Below, piece by piece: positions 1 to 11,040 of a stretch of 64,000 nucleotides of DNA (positions are counted from its first letter, which is position 1; each line of letters opens with the position of its first letter). Location of the stretch: the NCBI GenBank assembly GCA_000004985.1, contig GG738894.1; one strand, written 5' to 3'. The translations under genes were made by a program, and so were the position numbers. The DNA comes from Naegleria gruberi. Its lineage: Eukaryota. The notes beneath the pieces are model-generated. The model had not been told where the DNA came from. It ran no database searches and saw nothing but the letters and a program-made list of their open reading frames with translations.

Positions 1-817
1 ATTTGGTTATTTTCTAAATGTAAACATTTCAAAGATGTTATTCTATATATGTGTTCCAACCCAATTCCACTAATATTAGTATTATTCAATCCAAGAAATG
101 TCAAAGTTCTCATATTAGAAATGCATTCAGCATGTAAATTACCAATCTTGTTGAGCTCCAAATTAAGATGACTTAGTGATCCAAATTCTAATAACAGATT
201 GATGTCTTTCAGTTCTAATTCACAATTCACTAGCTCCAATAATTTCAAATGCTTCAATCTAGTCAAGTTCTTCAACTCTCCATTGTAATAATTCTTATCT
301 AACTGTAATTCTTTTAAACTCTGAATTTGTGAAATATAGGAAAATACTTTTGGCTCCAAAACACAATGATCAATTTCCAATCTCTTTAAACCCTTCAATT
401 TGGATACATAATATGAATTATCATCCGAAAGTAAACTCTTTTTCAATTTTAAAACTTGTAAATTTTCAAAATAGGGAAAACATTCCATCACCCCCAAACC
501 AATCTCACAGAATTCTGCTCTTTCCATTCCAAAAAACAATCCATCGTCACAAAAATTCCAAAAATCTTCATTGGTTTGTAATTCCAATCCAAGTTTTCGT
601 CCTACATTGAAAGAGAAGGGACATTCCCTTATAATTTGCTGCCACTTCTTACAAACTAGTCGGAAATAGGAAATCAATTCAATTCCTTCTATGAAAGGAA
701 AGATGTTATCTCGTAATATGTCATCAGGCAGTCCGTAAAATTGTGATTGTATGGAAGAATGGAAGCACAAACACGAGTAGCTGGTAGTATCCTGATGTGT
801 TGTTGACATTTTTTTGT
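1..817 (-). CDS. F-box/LRR protein, partial (3' end runs off window start)
   Basis: Manual reverse-complement translation from ATG at complement(815..817): MSTTHQDTTSYS...LPDDILRDNIFPFIEGIELISYFRLVCKKWQQII (F-box-like), followed by L-rich repeats (LKRLEIDHCVL, LKELQLDKN, LKHLKLLELVNCELEL...). The frame stays open to position 1. The ORF track missed it because it has no stop inside the window. Confidence 0.55.
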
Positions 818-1036
818 AAAGTTCATCCTATAATGACGTACCAGACACATGGTTTTAAACGTTGAACTAATTTACAATTTTACATGACTTGGCTCAAGTA
901 ATGGACTTTAATTGCTTGAAGAGATGCAATATATCTCTGACAAGATTTAAACAATTTGTTCACATAGTCTTAATTATTAGGATTCAGAATCGAATAGATG
1001 ATAAGTAATATCACAACGTTTCTCAACATTTTAGTG

Positions 1037-2313
1037 TTATATACTTGATATGTCAGGGAATTTCTCACGTATTTCCAACATGAATTTGTTATCCCTTCTT
1101 AGCTTTTCTCCAATAAATGTATCAAGGTTTACATGGTGATTGTGTGAAGGATCTTTGTATGATAATCCTATTCCCAACATTACAATTTCCTTATCATTTT
1201 TGTACATGTTTGGAAGGCTGTATACAACTCCATTCTTTAAGCATCGAATGACCAGATCTCTATCTTCCAATAAATTATGTGGTAAATAATTCAGAATATT
1301 ATTATTGATATCGAGAGAAAGATATTGTTCTGTGATTTCTCTTGTTTTAAACATATTGTTCATAAAGCAATAAGATATTCCATTTCTTTGAAATACTGCC
1401 TTGGCAATATCCGTATCTGTAATCAAATGATCTGGGATGAAGCTAAAGATGTCATATGATACATAGTTTGTCTTTTGAATCAATAAGAGGAGAAATTCTT
1501 TGGTTAGAATTGATTTGTGTACGCAACCTAAATCTGAACATCTTTTGCCTATACAAATTTGAACTATCTCTGTGTCCATTCTAAAATTATTGGGAAATAT
1601 AAAAAGTGGAGCATTATTGTGTACCAATTTCAGAACATTTTCTCTCTTTTCTCTAATTGGTTCTGGAAACTCACGATAGGAGAATATATTTGCCTTCACA
1701 GATTCCAGGAAGAAGTTTTCATCGTTTTGCAATCTATCACTAATTAGCTCAACATTCTTGGGGTTCTTTTTGATAGCTGCCATAGCAATTTCCTTGTCAT
1801 CCAAAAACTGTTGAGGTATTTCTCTAGCAATAAATCTCAAAGAAAATGATTGAGTCATGACCATTAGCTTGACAATTTCTCTGTCATTATAAAATTGTTT
1901 CGGTACTGAAATATCATACTTGCAACAAAGTGTCCTCAACACAAATGCTCTATCCTGTTGAAACTCCTCAGGTAAATGAGAATAGAGTGGATATGATTTC
2001 AGAGCAGCAAGACAAATATTCCTATTCCTCTTCAACACTTCATTGCAATGAAAGTAAAACAGACCATATTGGGAAACTAATTTCAAAGCAACTCGATAAC
2101 AATCTCTCAATTGTTGAGGAATTTGATTAAAAACTTTTACAGTCCTAATTAAATGTGCAATCTTTCCAATCACGTATTCATTTCCTACCAAATCATCGGG
2201 AATTTTCTCATAATCCCTAAACTTTCTTCTCCCTTTTGATTCTTTTAAATATTGATCAATACGATTCCAAAGTTTGATGATCCGATCCGATTCTGTTTTA
2301 AAATTATTTTTTA
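1037..2313 (-). CDS. DUF4116-like tandem-repeat protein (repeats of the type F..DREIVL.AV..N...L.Y)
   Basis: 384-aa ORF (track 1037..2191) carries repeated ~35-aa units: DKEIAMAAIKKNPKNVELISDRLQNDENFFLESV, NDREIVKLMV, QQDRAFVLRTL. The frame is open upstream to 2313 but has no in-frame ATG before residue ~95. The true start is probably a tiny first exon; a candidate is ATG|GTACAA...aaaacag|AATCGG around 2316-2410. Confidence 0.5.
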
Positions 2314-2620
2314 ATAAATTGAAATAATTAATATTGCAATCTTCTCCATGATGATGAAATCATGCAGAATAATCATTTGTACCATTTTTTTAAATTGTAA
2401 ATAATTTCTCAATAATGTCAATAAGAAAGTGTTGAACATTATTCCGAATCTTCCTTTTCACTTACAAATAAAGAATTTTACAGGAGTTTAATATGAGGTA
2501 GGACTTGGATATTAAGGTTTGTTCCTTCAAGGTTGAATTTTTGAAAAAAATAAAACAAAGAGAGGAATTTTTCACTCCAGAATTTTGCACAAAATTCAGC
2601 ATCATCGGGAATATAATAGG

Positions 2621-3732
2621 ATGGAAAGGAGAGTTGGAATATTGATGATATTCATCATCGGAATGGTTATTTGTATAATGATGAATGTTTCGGTGAATGG
2701 TCAACGTTTGTCGAGTGATTTTGGACATTTGGTAAACTCTCGGACACTGGTTAGACGAATTAATGAAAATCCAAAATCACCATTCAAGGCAAAACTGTAT
2801 GAAAGATTTGATTCTATTGCCAAGTTGATTAATTTATCGAGGAGAAATGGTGGCAGAAAATTTTCTATGAAAACTGTTCAATCAAGAAAGTTTAAACTTT
2901 CGAAAGGATTGGCAATTCCACCTGAATATGATTTGAGAAAGAATTGGTATCAATGTGTTGGTGATATTCAAAATGAAGGTCAATGTGGTGCTGTTTGGGC
3001 AATGGTAAGTTTTTTCCAATTATTTCAATTCTAATGTGAAATATTTCAATAATAATCTGCTCTATTTTCTAATTTAAACCATTAGGCTCCAAGTGCTACT
3101 GTTTCTGATAGAATGTGCATTCAATCTAATGCTAAATTCCAAGAAAGATTGTCCTCTCAATATATTTTGGAATGTGATACTAGAGATTTTGGATGTAATG
3201 GTGGATATATGAATACTGAATTTGAATTTGAATTGAATAGGGGTGTTCCAACTGAGAAATGTGTGCCTTACATTGCCTTCAATATGACATTACAACCTTG
3301 CCCAACTAGCTGTTTCAATTCTACTCAACCAATGGTTTTATACAAGACAAAATCAGTGCAAAATGTGACTGGAGAGTTGGACATGCAGCAAGCCATTTTG
3401 CAAGGAGGAAGTATCATGACTGAAATGGACGTTTATCAAGATTTTATATATTATTCCAGTGGAGTGTATGAACATGATCCATCTTTCACTCAACCAATAG
3501 CGAAAACAGTTGCAAGAATTGTTGGTTGGGGAAGTTTGAATGGAGTTAATTATTGGATTGTAGCCAATGTTTGGGGGAAAACTTGGGGTTTGGATGGCTA
3601 CGTTTTGGTTCGTGTAAGTTATTTAGTGGCTTAATATTTCAATATAATCACTTGAATATTTATGTATTACTATAGAGAGGTACTAATGAGAGTAACATAG
3701 AAAAGGACGCATATGCTTTCCAAGTTTACTAA
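2621..3732 (+). CDS. Cathepsin B-like papain-family (C1) homolog, secreted, predicted catalytically inactive. Exons 2621..3004, 3086..3613, 3676..3732.
   Basis: Signal peptide MERRVGILMIFIIGMVICIMMNVSVNG. The segment IQNEGQCGAVWAM|APSATVSDRMCIQSN aligns without gaps to cathepsin B [28 protein letters not shown]. Further cathepsin B blocks: GCNGGY; IVGWGSLNGVNYWIVANVWGKTWGLDGYVLVR|RG (compare ILGWG..[23 protein letters not shown]). Intron 1 is 3005..3085 (GTAAGT..TTAG, 81 nt) and intron 2 is 3614..3675 (GTAAGT..TATAG, 62 nt); both keep the frame. Confidence 0.8.
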
Positions 3733-3983
3733 TCATTAAGTAAATAAAAAATCTATTTTGTAATATTCTTCTAGTTGAACTGTGACACTCATTATAATAA
3801 ATGATGAACATACCTAAATAGATGTTGTTTGCCAAGAACATTAATTTCTCACCAATCAACACTAAAGCAGAATAGAACTAAATTTGTCATGTTTTATTCT
3901 CAATAAAACAATTAAAAACATTACATTCCTATTCAAAAATTATGTAATTGACTTTCCAATTCTACGAGAATCCCTTGGTTAAA

Positions 3984-5576
3984 TCACTCAAACACATTAG
4001 AAGGGTTAGTTTTCAACTCGTGCCAAAGCTTGTACTCGTCAGTGTAAATGAATCTGGAGAACGAATCAACTAGGTTCGTATATAAATCTCTCTTAATTTC
4101 ATGTAATAAATGCTTGCTGGTATCAAGATTAATGGTACCACTCTTTCTTTCAGTATCTACCAATTTCTTTGTTTTTCCTCTAATGTTAATTTCTTCTGAG
4201 CAACCATCATCAAGGAATTTATCATAGACCATGTTAATCACCTTGCTTCTTCTTTTTCCTGACATGTCAATAAAATTCTTTTCCATATCCAAAAGCTCTT
4301 GCCAACAATTCAAATTCTCGACTGAAAACTCTGCAACACAAAAGTCTTTGAATAATTGAAATCCCATAGCATCTCGTAAAAGTAGCTCCAACTCGTTTGT
4401 CATTATTGAAGGAGCAGAGGCTGAACGTTCCAAATTCTTTCTATCAGATGGTGTTTTACCATGATCTGAAGAGGGAATTTCCACATGACTATGAGATTGA
4501 GTCTTAATGACTGTTCTAGTCTTTGAAAATGATTTGTTGAGAATGTTGGCAATCTTTTTCTTTTCATCCAATTCAGCAGCAATAGTTGTATCAGTATCTG
4601 TATCAGCTCCTGCTCTTGTTGCTGAAGATGAAGAGTCTGAAGTTGCTGCACTCGTAATTGAATGAACTCTAGGTCTGTGTTGTGGAAGTTGTGTTGATGA
4701 TGAAGGAGAAAGATCCACAATTGGTGTATTCACATTTTGCATTGAAATAAACTCCTCACTATCGGTAACTCTTCTTCCAAATTCCTCTTCCCCTTTCATT
4801 TCTGCCTCATCGATAGTATTTCTTCTGTGAAGCATAAAGAAGGCCTTGAGCACATTCTTCTTCTTTAAGAGAGAAAGCTTGGGCGTTGAAAGTGATCGTC
4901 TGTAGCCTGAATTTTCTTGTAACCTAGCAATTTGTTGTTGAGTGGAAGGAGGAAGGGATTGTCTGGACTTGAGATTGGATGATTCGTTAGTAGTTGAGAT
5001 TGTGGTAGTATTATTTATAGTGGTGGTATGAATGGTAGTGTTGTTGTTGGTAGTGGAGGCTCTAGATTGTGTTGGGTTTGAAATTTGCATGACTGTGTTA
5101 ATGTTGGTTGGAATATCTGAAATATGAATACTAGTACTGAGCGCAGTCCTAGAGTTTCTAACACTCGTCGTTGTGCTGGTCAGTGAGGTCATGTCACTAT
5201 CAACATGGTGCAATGGAAAAACGTTGAAAGATGTATTCATGGATGAGGAGAGGAGTACGGGAGAAGATGGTGTTTGTTGTTGATTGTTATTTGAACAATG
5301 TGATGAAGAGGCAGCTCCAATTCCAACAAGAGCATGCGATGCAGCAAACACTACATCACTTGGAGGTTGTTGCTCTTGATTATTAGGTGTAGAGATGGCA
5401 TTATTCGAAACTTGATGATGAACATTAAAACTGGATACAGTGGTCAGAGGTGATTGATTTCTCGTTGTTGCTGTTATTGTTGGTATTGATGATGAATTCT
5501 TAGAGGAGGATGAAATGTGCCTCTCACTCCTCCTAAATGAGAAGCGTTGTTTAGAATGAGAATTTGTATTGCCCAT
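3984..5576 (-). CDS. N-myristoylated Ser/Thr/Asn-rich regulator of G-protein signaling (RGS-domain) protein
   Basis: Starts MGNTNSHSK, matching the MGxxxS N-myristoylation consensus. A long S/T/N/Q low-complexity region follows. The C-terminal RGS domain reads LLRDAMGFQLFKDFCVAEFSVENLNCWQELLDMEKNF...KVINMVYDKFL. Single 530-aa ORF. Confidence 0.75.
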   Translation of the reverse strand: MGNTNSHSKQRFSFRRSERHISSSSKNSSSIPTITATTRNQSPLTTVSSFNVHHQVSNNAISTPNNQEQQPPSDVVFAASHALVGIGAASSSHCSNNNQQQTPSSPVLLSSSMNTSFNVFPLHHVDSDMTSLTSTTTSVRNSRTALSTSIHISDIPTNINTVMQISNPTQSRASTTNNNTTIHTTTINNTTTISTTNESSNLKSRQSLPPSTQQQIARLQENSGYRRSLSTPKLSLLKKKNVLKAFFMLHRRNTIDEAEMKGEEEFGRRVTDSEEFISMQNVNTPIVDLSPSSSTQLPQHRPRVHSITSAATSDSSSSATRAGADTDTDTTIAAELDEKKKIANILNKSFSKTRTVIKTQSHSHVEIPSSDHGKTPSDRKNLERSASAPSIMTNELELLLRDAMGFQLFKDFCVAEFSVENLNCWQELLDMEKNFIDMSGKRRSKVINMVYDKFLDDGCSEEINIRGKTKKLVDTERKSGTINLDTSKHLLHEIKRDLYTNLVDSFSRFIYTDEYKLWHELKTNPSNVFE

Positions 5577-6353
5577 TGATTCAACTTCTTATATTGTTGA
5601 TGATGATGTTACAATTACTGTAGTTACACTTTAACTTGCCCAACAATCAGACAAGAAGCCTTTTTATCTAATGATGATGCTATATTGCTCAATAATGATG
5701 ATGAAACACACAACACCCTTGATGGTGGATGTATAATATTCTCGAATCTAAAAGGCAACAACACAATGGAGTGTGTTGCGATTCTCAAGAGATGAGGAAA
5801 AAACAACGTGAAAAACCGTTGGATTTGTGTTCGTGCTGCGAAATGGCCTACAACACTCAAAAAATGAAGGCCGATGAAGTGTTGAGTTTTTTTTCTCTTT
5901 CTGCTCTCTTCATTGCTTCGGCTACTGAAGATGAGTTTGGTGAGTGAATTTGAACAGGCAGGAACAATGACAAGGAAGATTGAGGGCTTAAGGTATTGGT
6001 ACCATACTCCAAAATTGTTAAGCGTACAGAAAAGAAATTGTATACGAAAGCTTCCTGAATGAGAATATTGGGTAGGTGTTAAAGCTGTAAGCACGATTAT
6101 TATTCGAATTTTAAACTGTTATTTGCAGTTTGTCTGAAATGTGGAAAGTAAATAATTGGTCAGTGTATTGAGAGATGTGAAAAACAATATTGGCGCCAAA
6201 TCTGTACAACTATTGATTAGTGACGGGTAATTTTGGTTTTAGATGTGCTTTGTATTTTTTAGGATCTACTGAAGGAGGCGGATTATCCTTTTTGTGGGTT
6301 GTATTTGAAAAAGTCCATTGATTTTTCCATTACCTCAACCACCTTCAAAAATC

Positions 6354-9300
6354 TCAAAAACTTGGAAATTCTCTTTCCTTTGAAAGAGGAAAACAATAAG
6401 ACAAGTCCAGAAAATAATTATTCAATGGACACTCTAATAAAATAGTTTTTGAGACTTTTTCATTTCGAGATTGCTTGATACGGATAGTAAATCTTGGGCT
6501 TACAATATGTGGCATTTTCTCTTCTTGATTATTGAATAATTTGAAGCAATTCAAATTGAAAAGGCAACATGTATACACAAATGGACTTCTAATGAGTGAC
6601 TTAAATCTTTCTTCAAGATTAAACTCATTGTCGTCCTCTTCTATGTATTGATTGTAGGTATGGAAGAGCCAGTATGCTGCCTTGTGGTTGAGCTTATCCA
6701 AACTGTCTCCATCATGTTTGATAAAGACTTTCTCCCAGTTTATCTTATCTTCTTCAAGGCAATCTTTAATGCTTTCGAATAATTTCTGTTTGTGTGCTGA
6801 GAATTTATCAGAAAGGACAATCTCATCATTTTTTCTGGTTGACCAATAGAGTCTCCATTGTGAATACGCTTCCTTAAATTCATCTTTCCATCTTTGCCAC
6901 TCTGAGGAGTATATTTCAGATGGGTTTTCAAAAACAGTGTCAAGTTGCTTTGTATCTGAAAAAACCATCCTATTGAATATATTTCTAATTAGGTCAAACA
7001 TTCTTGCTTCGAATGTATCAAGTTCTATATGAGATTGGTCAGTAATCTTCAATTTGCAAAGTTCCATCCACTTTGGAGAATCCTTTTTTGGAATTTCATA
7101 CAACTGTTTAGCATTAAAAGCTGATCCCTTAATAGTATCAATGCTGTCGTGATACATTTTGGACAATTTAAGTTTGATATCTATTCCAACCTTGGAAGAA
7201 TCTTCTCTCCAACACATTGTTTTAAGATAAACTTCTGAAATTTTTGATGATTGTTCCATCATTTCCAATACAGTTTTTCTTACATCTTCCATGCTTAGTG
7301 AATTTTTAACAGTTTTGGTCACCTTATTGGTGGCAGCTCCATCGTTATAATTCAATTTTGGTTTGAGATTTTGATCAAATAACTTGACAATTTCTGGATC
7401 GAAAATAATCTCATACAAGTCGCCATCCAAATCACCTCCTGCCATGTAGCATAATGGTTCTGGGACTTTCTTATAATTTGGATTGTGTCCAAAGACAATG
7501 ACATCTCTTCTTGATTGGAGGAATTCTGTTGGGGGATGCTTGACCAACTTTAAGCATTGGATATCACCTTCATAGGCAAGAGGATTTCTATAGACAAGAA
7601 CCTTGTCAATTTTAGCATAATCTAAACTTCGAATCAACTTGGAGCATGGGATGTGAACTTCATCATGTTTCAAAGTCGAACTTTCATCATAAACACCCAT
7701 ACCACTTAAAAACCCAGGATGTTTACATTTCATACTGAGCTTGTCACTAACCATGGATTCAAACTTGCTTTCAATATTGTCTTTTACAACGGAGGAAATA
7801 AAATAATTATCCAATGAATGTTCAGCCATTATTAAATCTCTAGCAATAGATTCTTGCGAAGTTTCTCCTGATTGAGAGAGGAGCACGTTGCATAAATATT
7901 CTGGATTATCCTTATTCTCAACAATTTCCATTAATTGAGTTTCGTAAAAATTTTTGAACAATTTTTCCATTTCTTCTTCATTCGTAGTCATTTGCAGTAA
8001 GCAAGACATGATATTTCTATTAATATTGCCACCATGAACACGAGCAACATTCAATATATCAATCTTATTGTAAATTGAATAATTTCCTTCAAATTTCACC
8101 ATTGAATTTCTCAAAATGACTTTGGTATTGGATGGCAATTTGTGCTTTTTAAGTAATTCTGCCCACATTGATTTGTTAACCTTTTGAATGACTCCTTTGG
8201 CTCCCAAAATTCTTACCTGCATGGCACTGATGTTCTTGAAATTCTTTTCGAATAGTCTACCTTGTTTCGTATCTGATTCAAATAACTTGTCCATAAAGAA
8301 ATATGGAACAGAGTAGGTATTTTCCAGGACTTGTTCGAAGAAATCTTCAACAGCCATACCAGCACCATCAGTCACTGCAATATCATCTGAAATAATTTGG
8401 ATATCATCTTGTTTCCATTCCACAATACTTGGAGTACTAGTTCCCATACTCAATCCAACTCTACTAGCAACCTTTCTAGGTCCATGCTCCTCAGCTTTTT
8501 CAAAGGTACCCAACATTTGCTTCAATATTTCCAAATTCAACAATGTTGAGTTGTAAAAGATACAGGAATCACCTTTCAAACCAGAATTTGAAGTACCTAA
8601 CAAACAATACTTATGACCTTCATGAACAATACCATAGGAGAGACAATATTCCTTCTTGCATTCTGAGAGTGCTTTCAGATCCTCTTTGGATGTAAAATCA
8701 AATTTTACAACCATTAAACATTTTCCCAAATTCAAACTCATTAAAATTCTTGCTAATCTTGAGAATGAATTCAAGATTGAGTAACGATTGGTTCCATCAC
8801 CAATAATCGCATACTTTCCATTGTTTCCCTCCATTTTCTTCCATCTGTTTTTCACATGACAAACTAGTGGATAGAATTCACCAAAGAATTGTTCGTATCC
8901 ACCAGCAACATTTGAATTGAAAAGTGATTGAAAAAGAGTTTGATTAGCTTGTGATTCAAACAGTTCCAATTCTCTGGCAAAGTATCTGTATCTCTTCATC
9001 AAGTATTCCAATGGATTCTTTGCTAAATCCATGGTGCTATCACACATATAGGAAATCTTTGCACTCAACTCTGAATATTGAACATTATCTATCTTGACAA
9101 CAATCTTCCAAACATTCTTTCCAAAACCAAGAACATTCCAATCTTCCCAGCCGGTGATTGTTTGCAAATCTTCATCTCTCATTGGCAATACAATAATCAA
9201 TTTACCATTAACCNNNNNNNNNNNNNNNNNNNNNNNNNNNNNNNNNNNNNNNNNNNNNNNNNNGTTGATTGCATTAACCAATGTCTTTTGATCTCTCATT

Positions 9301-9467
9301 CCTCTCTCATGGACCAATAAAACTTGTTGAACAGTTGATGAATCACAGTTTTCCAATTTCAAATAAGTACGAATCTTTCGGAACAGAATATCCTTGATCT
9401 TCTCTGTAGCTCCAATCTTGATAGATGGAGGACCAGAAATTGTTGTGGATGGGGAAGTGTCCATCAT
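6354..9467 (-). CDS. Cellular RNA-dependent RNA polymerase (RDR/RdRP family, RNAi type); contains a 50-N assembly gap
   Basis: 1098-aa ORF with the eukaryotic RdRP catalytic signature ...PLCYMAGGDLDGDLYEIIFDPEIVKLFD (DLDGD). Probable start is MMDTSPSTT at complement(9467). The track ORF extends to 9650, but that stretch is hydrophobic junk before the first ATG. Gap at 9214-9263. Confidence 0.8.
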   Translation of the reverse strand: MMDTSPSTTISGPPSIKIGATEKIKDILFRKIRTYLKLENCDSSTVQQVLLVHERGMRDQKTLVNAINXXXXXXXXXXXXXXXXXVNGKLIIVLPMRDEDLQTITGWEDWNVLGFGKNVWKIVVKIDNVQYSELSAKISYMCDSTMDLAKNPLEYLMKRYRYFARELELFESQANQTLFQSLFNSNVAGGYEQFFGEFYPLVCHVKNRWKKMEGNNGKYAIIGDGTNRYSILNSFSRLARILMSLNLGKCLMVVKFDFTSKEDLKALSECKKEYCLSYGIVHEGHKYCLLGTSNSGLKGDSCIFYNSTLLNLEILKQMLGTFEKAEEHGPRKVASRVGLSMGTSTPSIVEWKQDDIQIISDDIAVTDGAGMAVEDFFEQVLENTYSVPYFFMDKLFESDTKQGRLFEKNFKNISAMQVRILGAKGVIQKVNKSMWAELLKKHKLPSNTKVILRNSMVKFEGNYSIYNKIDILNVARVHGGNINRNIMSCLLQMTTNEEEMEKLFKNFYETQLMEIVENKDNPEYLCNVLLSQSGETSQESIARDLIMAEHSLDNYFISSVVKDNIESKFESMVSDKLSMKCKHPGFLSGMGVYDESSTLKHDEVHIPCSKLIRSLDYAKIDKVLVYRNPLAYEGDIQCLKLVKHPPTEFLQSRRDVIVFGHNPNYKKVPEPLCYMAGGDLDGDLYEIIFDPEIVKLFDQNLKPKLNYNDGAATNKVTKTVKNSLSMEDVRKTVLEMMEQSSKISEVYLKTMCWREDSSKVGIDIKLKLSKMYHDSIDTIKGSAFNAKQLYEIPKKDSPKWMELCKLKITDQSHIELDTFEARMFDLIRNIFNRMVFSDTKQLDTVFENPSEIYSSEWQRWKDEFKEAYSQWRLYWSTRKNDEIVLSDKFSAHKQKLFESIKDCLEEDKINWEKVFIKHDGDSLDKLNHKAAYWLFHTYNQYIEEDDNEFNLEERFKSLIRSPFVYTCCLFNLNCFKLFNNQEEKMPHIVSPRFTIRIKQSRNEKVSKTILLECPLNNYFLDLSYCFPLSKEREFPSF
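9214..9263. other. Assembly gap (50 N)
   Basis: Run of N inside the RdRP CDS. Confidence 0.99.
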
Positions 9468-10039
9468 GGAAAGGGTGAGTGGGTGGTTATTGTTGATCAT
9501 CACAAATATTATAATTTGTCTGGTTGAGTAGTTGTTGTTGATTTGTTTTTTTTGATTTTGAAAATTGTGTGATGTGGAGAATTCCCAATTAAAAACCCAA
9601 ATTTTTGTTTTCCAGATCAAAAGAACGAGAATATTTGTTTCTCTCAACAAATCTCAAAAGAGGCAATGAGAACAAAACCATTTTACAGTACCAATTACAT
9701 TCAGTAGAATATTTGGATAATCACAATTGATCTCAACAAGGGATATTCATCTAATAATCGGTAGTGTTAGCCCAATTTGTTCCCCATTGATTGGCGAGTG
9801 TTTTCTTCTCCACATACTTTTTATCATCAATTGATTAACCCCCTCTTTGTATTGTTCCTCCTCTTCGGAAGAATGATATCAACATGTATTACTCTAGAGA
9901 ATCATATTAAGTGTTATTGTGATTTCTTAAGGGATTTTTTTTTCTTCTAAACAACATACCTCATCCTTTTGGATGAAGAATATGAGTAGGCTTTTGTCTA
10001 TTAGGTGACAATTATCAACGGTGTTTTATAGTTCCATAT

Positions 10040-11040
10040 CCAAACACCTTATTTTCTTAGTGATGTTAATTGTTTCATTTCACTTATATATTTGGCTCCT
10101 TCATCACCAATTCGATTGTTATATATTTGAAGTGATGTCAATCGTTTCATTTCACTTATGAATTTGGCTCCTTCATCACCAATTTCATTGCCACCAATAT
10201 TAAGCGATGTTAATTGTTTCATTTCACTTATATATTTGGCTCCTTCTCCACTAATTAAATTGTTAGATATACAGAGTGATGTCAATTGTTTCAGTTCACT
10301 AATAGACCTAGCTCCTTCATCACCAATTAGATTGTTATATGTATGAAGTGATGTCAATCGTTTCATTTCACTTATGAATTTGGCTCCTTCTACACCAATT
10401 CGATTGCTATAGTATTAAGTGATGTTAATTGTTTCATTTCACTTATCAATTTAGCTCCTTCATCACCAATTCATTGCCACCAATATTAAGCGATGTTAAT
10501 TGTTTCATTTCACTTATATATTTGGCTCCTTCATCACCAATTCGATTGTTATATATTTGAAGTGATGTCAATCGTTTCATTCCACTAATTAATTTAGCTC
10601 CTTCATCACCAATTTCATTGACACCAATATTAAGTGATGTTAATTGTTTCATTCCACTAATTAATTTGGCTCCTTCATCACCAATTCGATTGTTATATAT
10701 ATGAAGTGATGTCAATCGTTTCATTCCACTAATTAATTTAGCTCCTTCATCACCAATTTGATTGCCACCAATATCAAGTGATGTTAATTGTTTCATTTCA
10801 CTTATATATTTGGCTCCTTCATCACCAATTCGATTGTTATATGTATGAAGTGATGTTAATTGTTTCATTTCACTTATCAATTTAGCTCCTTTTATACCAA
10901 TTCGATTGCCACCAATATTAAGCGATGTTAATTGTTTCATTTCATTTATATATTTGGCTCCTACATCACCAATTCGATTGTTATATATATTAAGTGATGT
11001 TAATTGTTTCATTTCACTTATGAATTCTGCTCTTTCAAAA
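10040..11040. repeat. Tandem array of about 14 near-identical 72-bp units (144-bp higher-order unit) encoding 24-aa leucine-rich repeats
   Basis: Two unit types alternate: ...caccaattcgattgttatatatttgaagtgatgtcaatcgtttcat... and ...caccaatttcattgccaccaatattaagcgatgttaattgtttcat.... Several copies are identical over more than 70 bp (e.g. 10061-10135 vs 10510-10585). They encode LTSL(H/Q)IYNNRIGDEGAKYISEMKQ alternating with LTSLNIGGN(E/R)IGDEGAKLISGMK(R/Q). Confidence 0.8.
10049..10366 (-). pseudogene. Out-of-frame continuation of the LRR array; likely the disrupted 3' portion of the 10446..11393 gene, or an assembly error in the repeat
   Basis: The 105-aa ORF consists only of LRR units. It is separated from the upstream LRR ORF by frameshifts and stops at 10367-10480. 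Confidence 0.4.

Noticed and set aside
329-610. 93-aa plus-strand ORF
   Set aside because: It lies antisense inside the minus-strand F-box/LRR gene and is low-complexity. It is an AT-rich-frame artefact.
4403-4720. Antisense and alternate-frame ORFs inside long genes (4403-4720, 6740-6943, 16204-16779, 17266-18070, 37622-38023, 47567-47785, 49598-49870, 62420-62746 and others)
   Set aside because: All are nested within better-supported CDSs with recognisable motifs. Low-complexity translations are typical of AT-rich sequence.
10040-11040. Regular short repeat array that superficially resembles a CRISPR locus
   Set aside because: Units are contiguous with no spacers, are translated in frame as leucine-rich repeats, and lie in a eukaryotic intron-bearing context.
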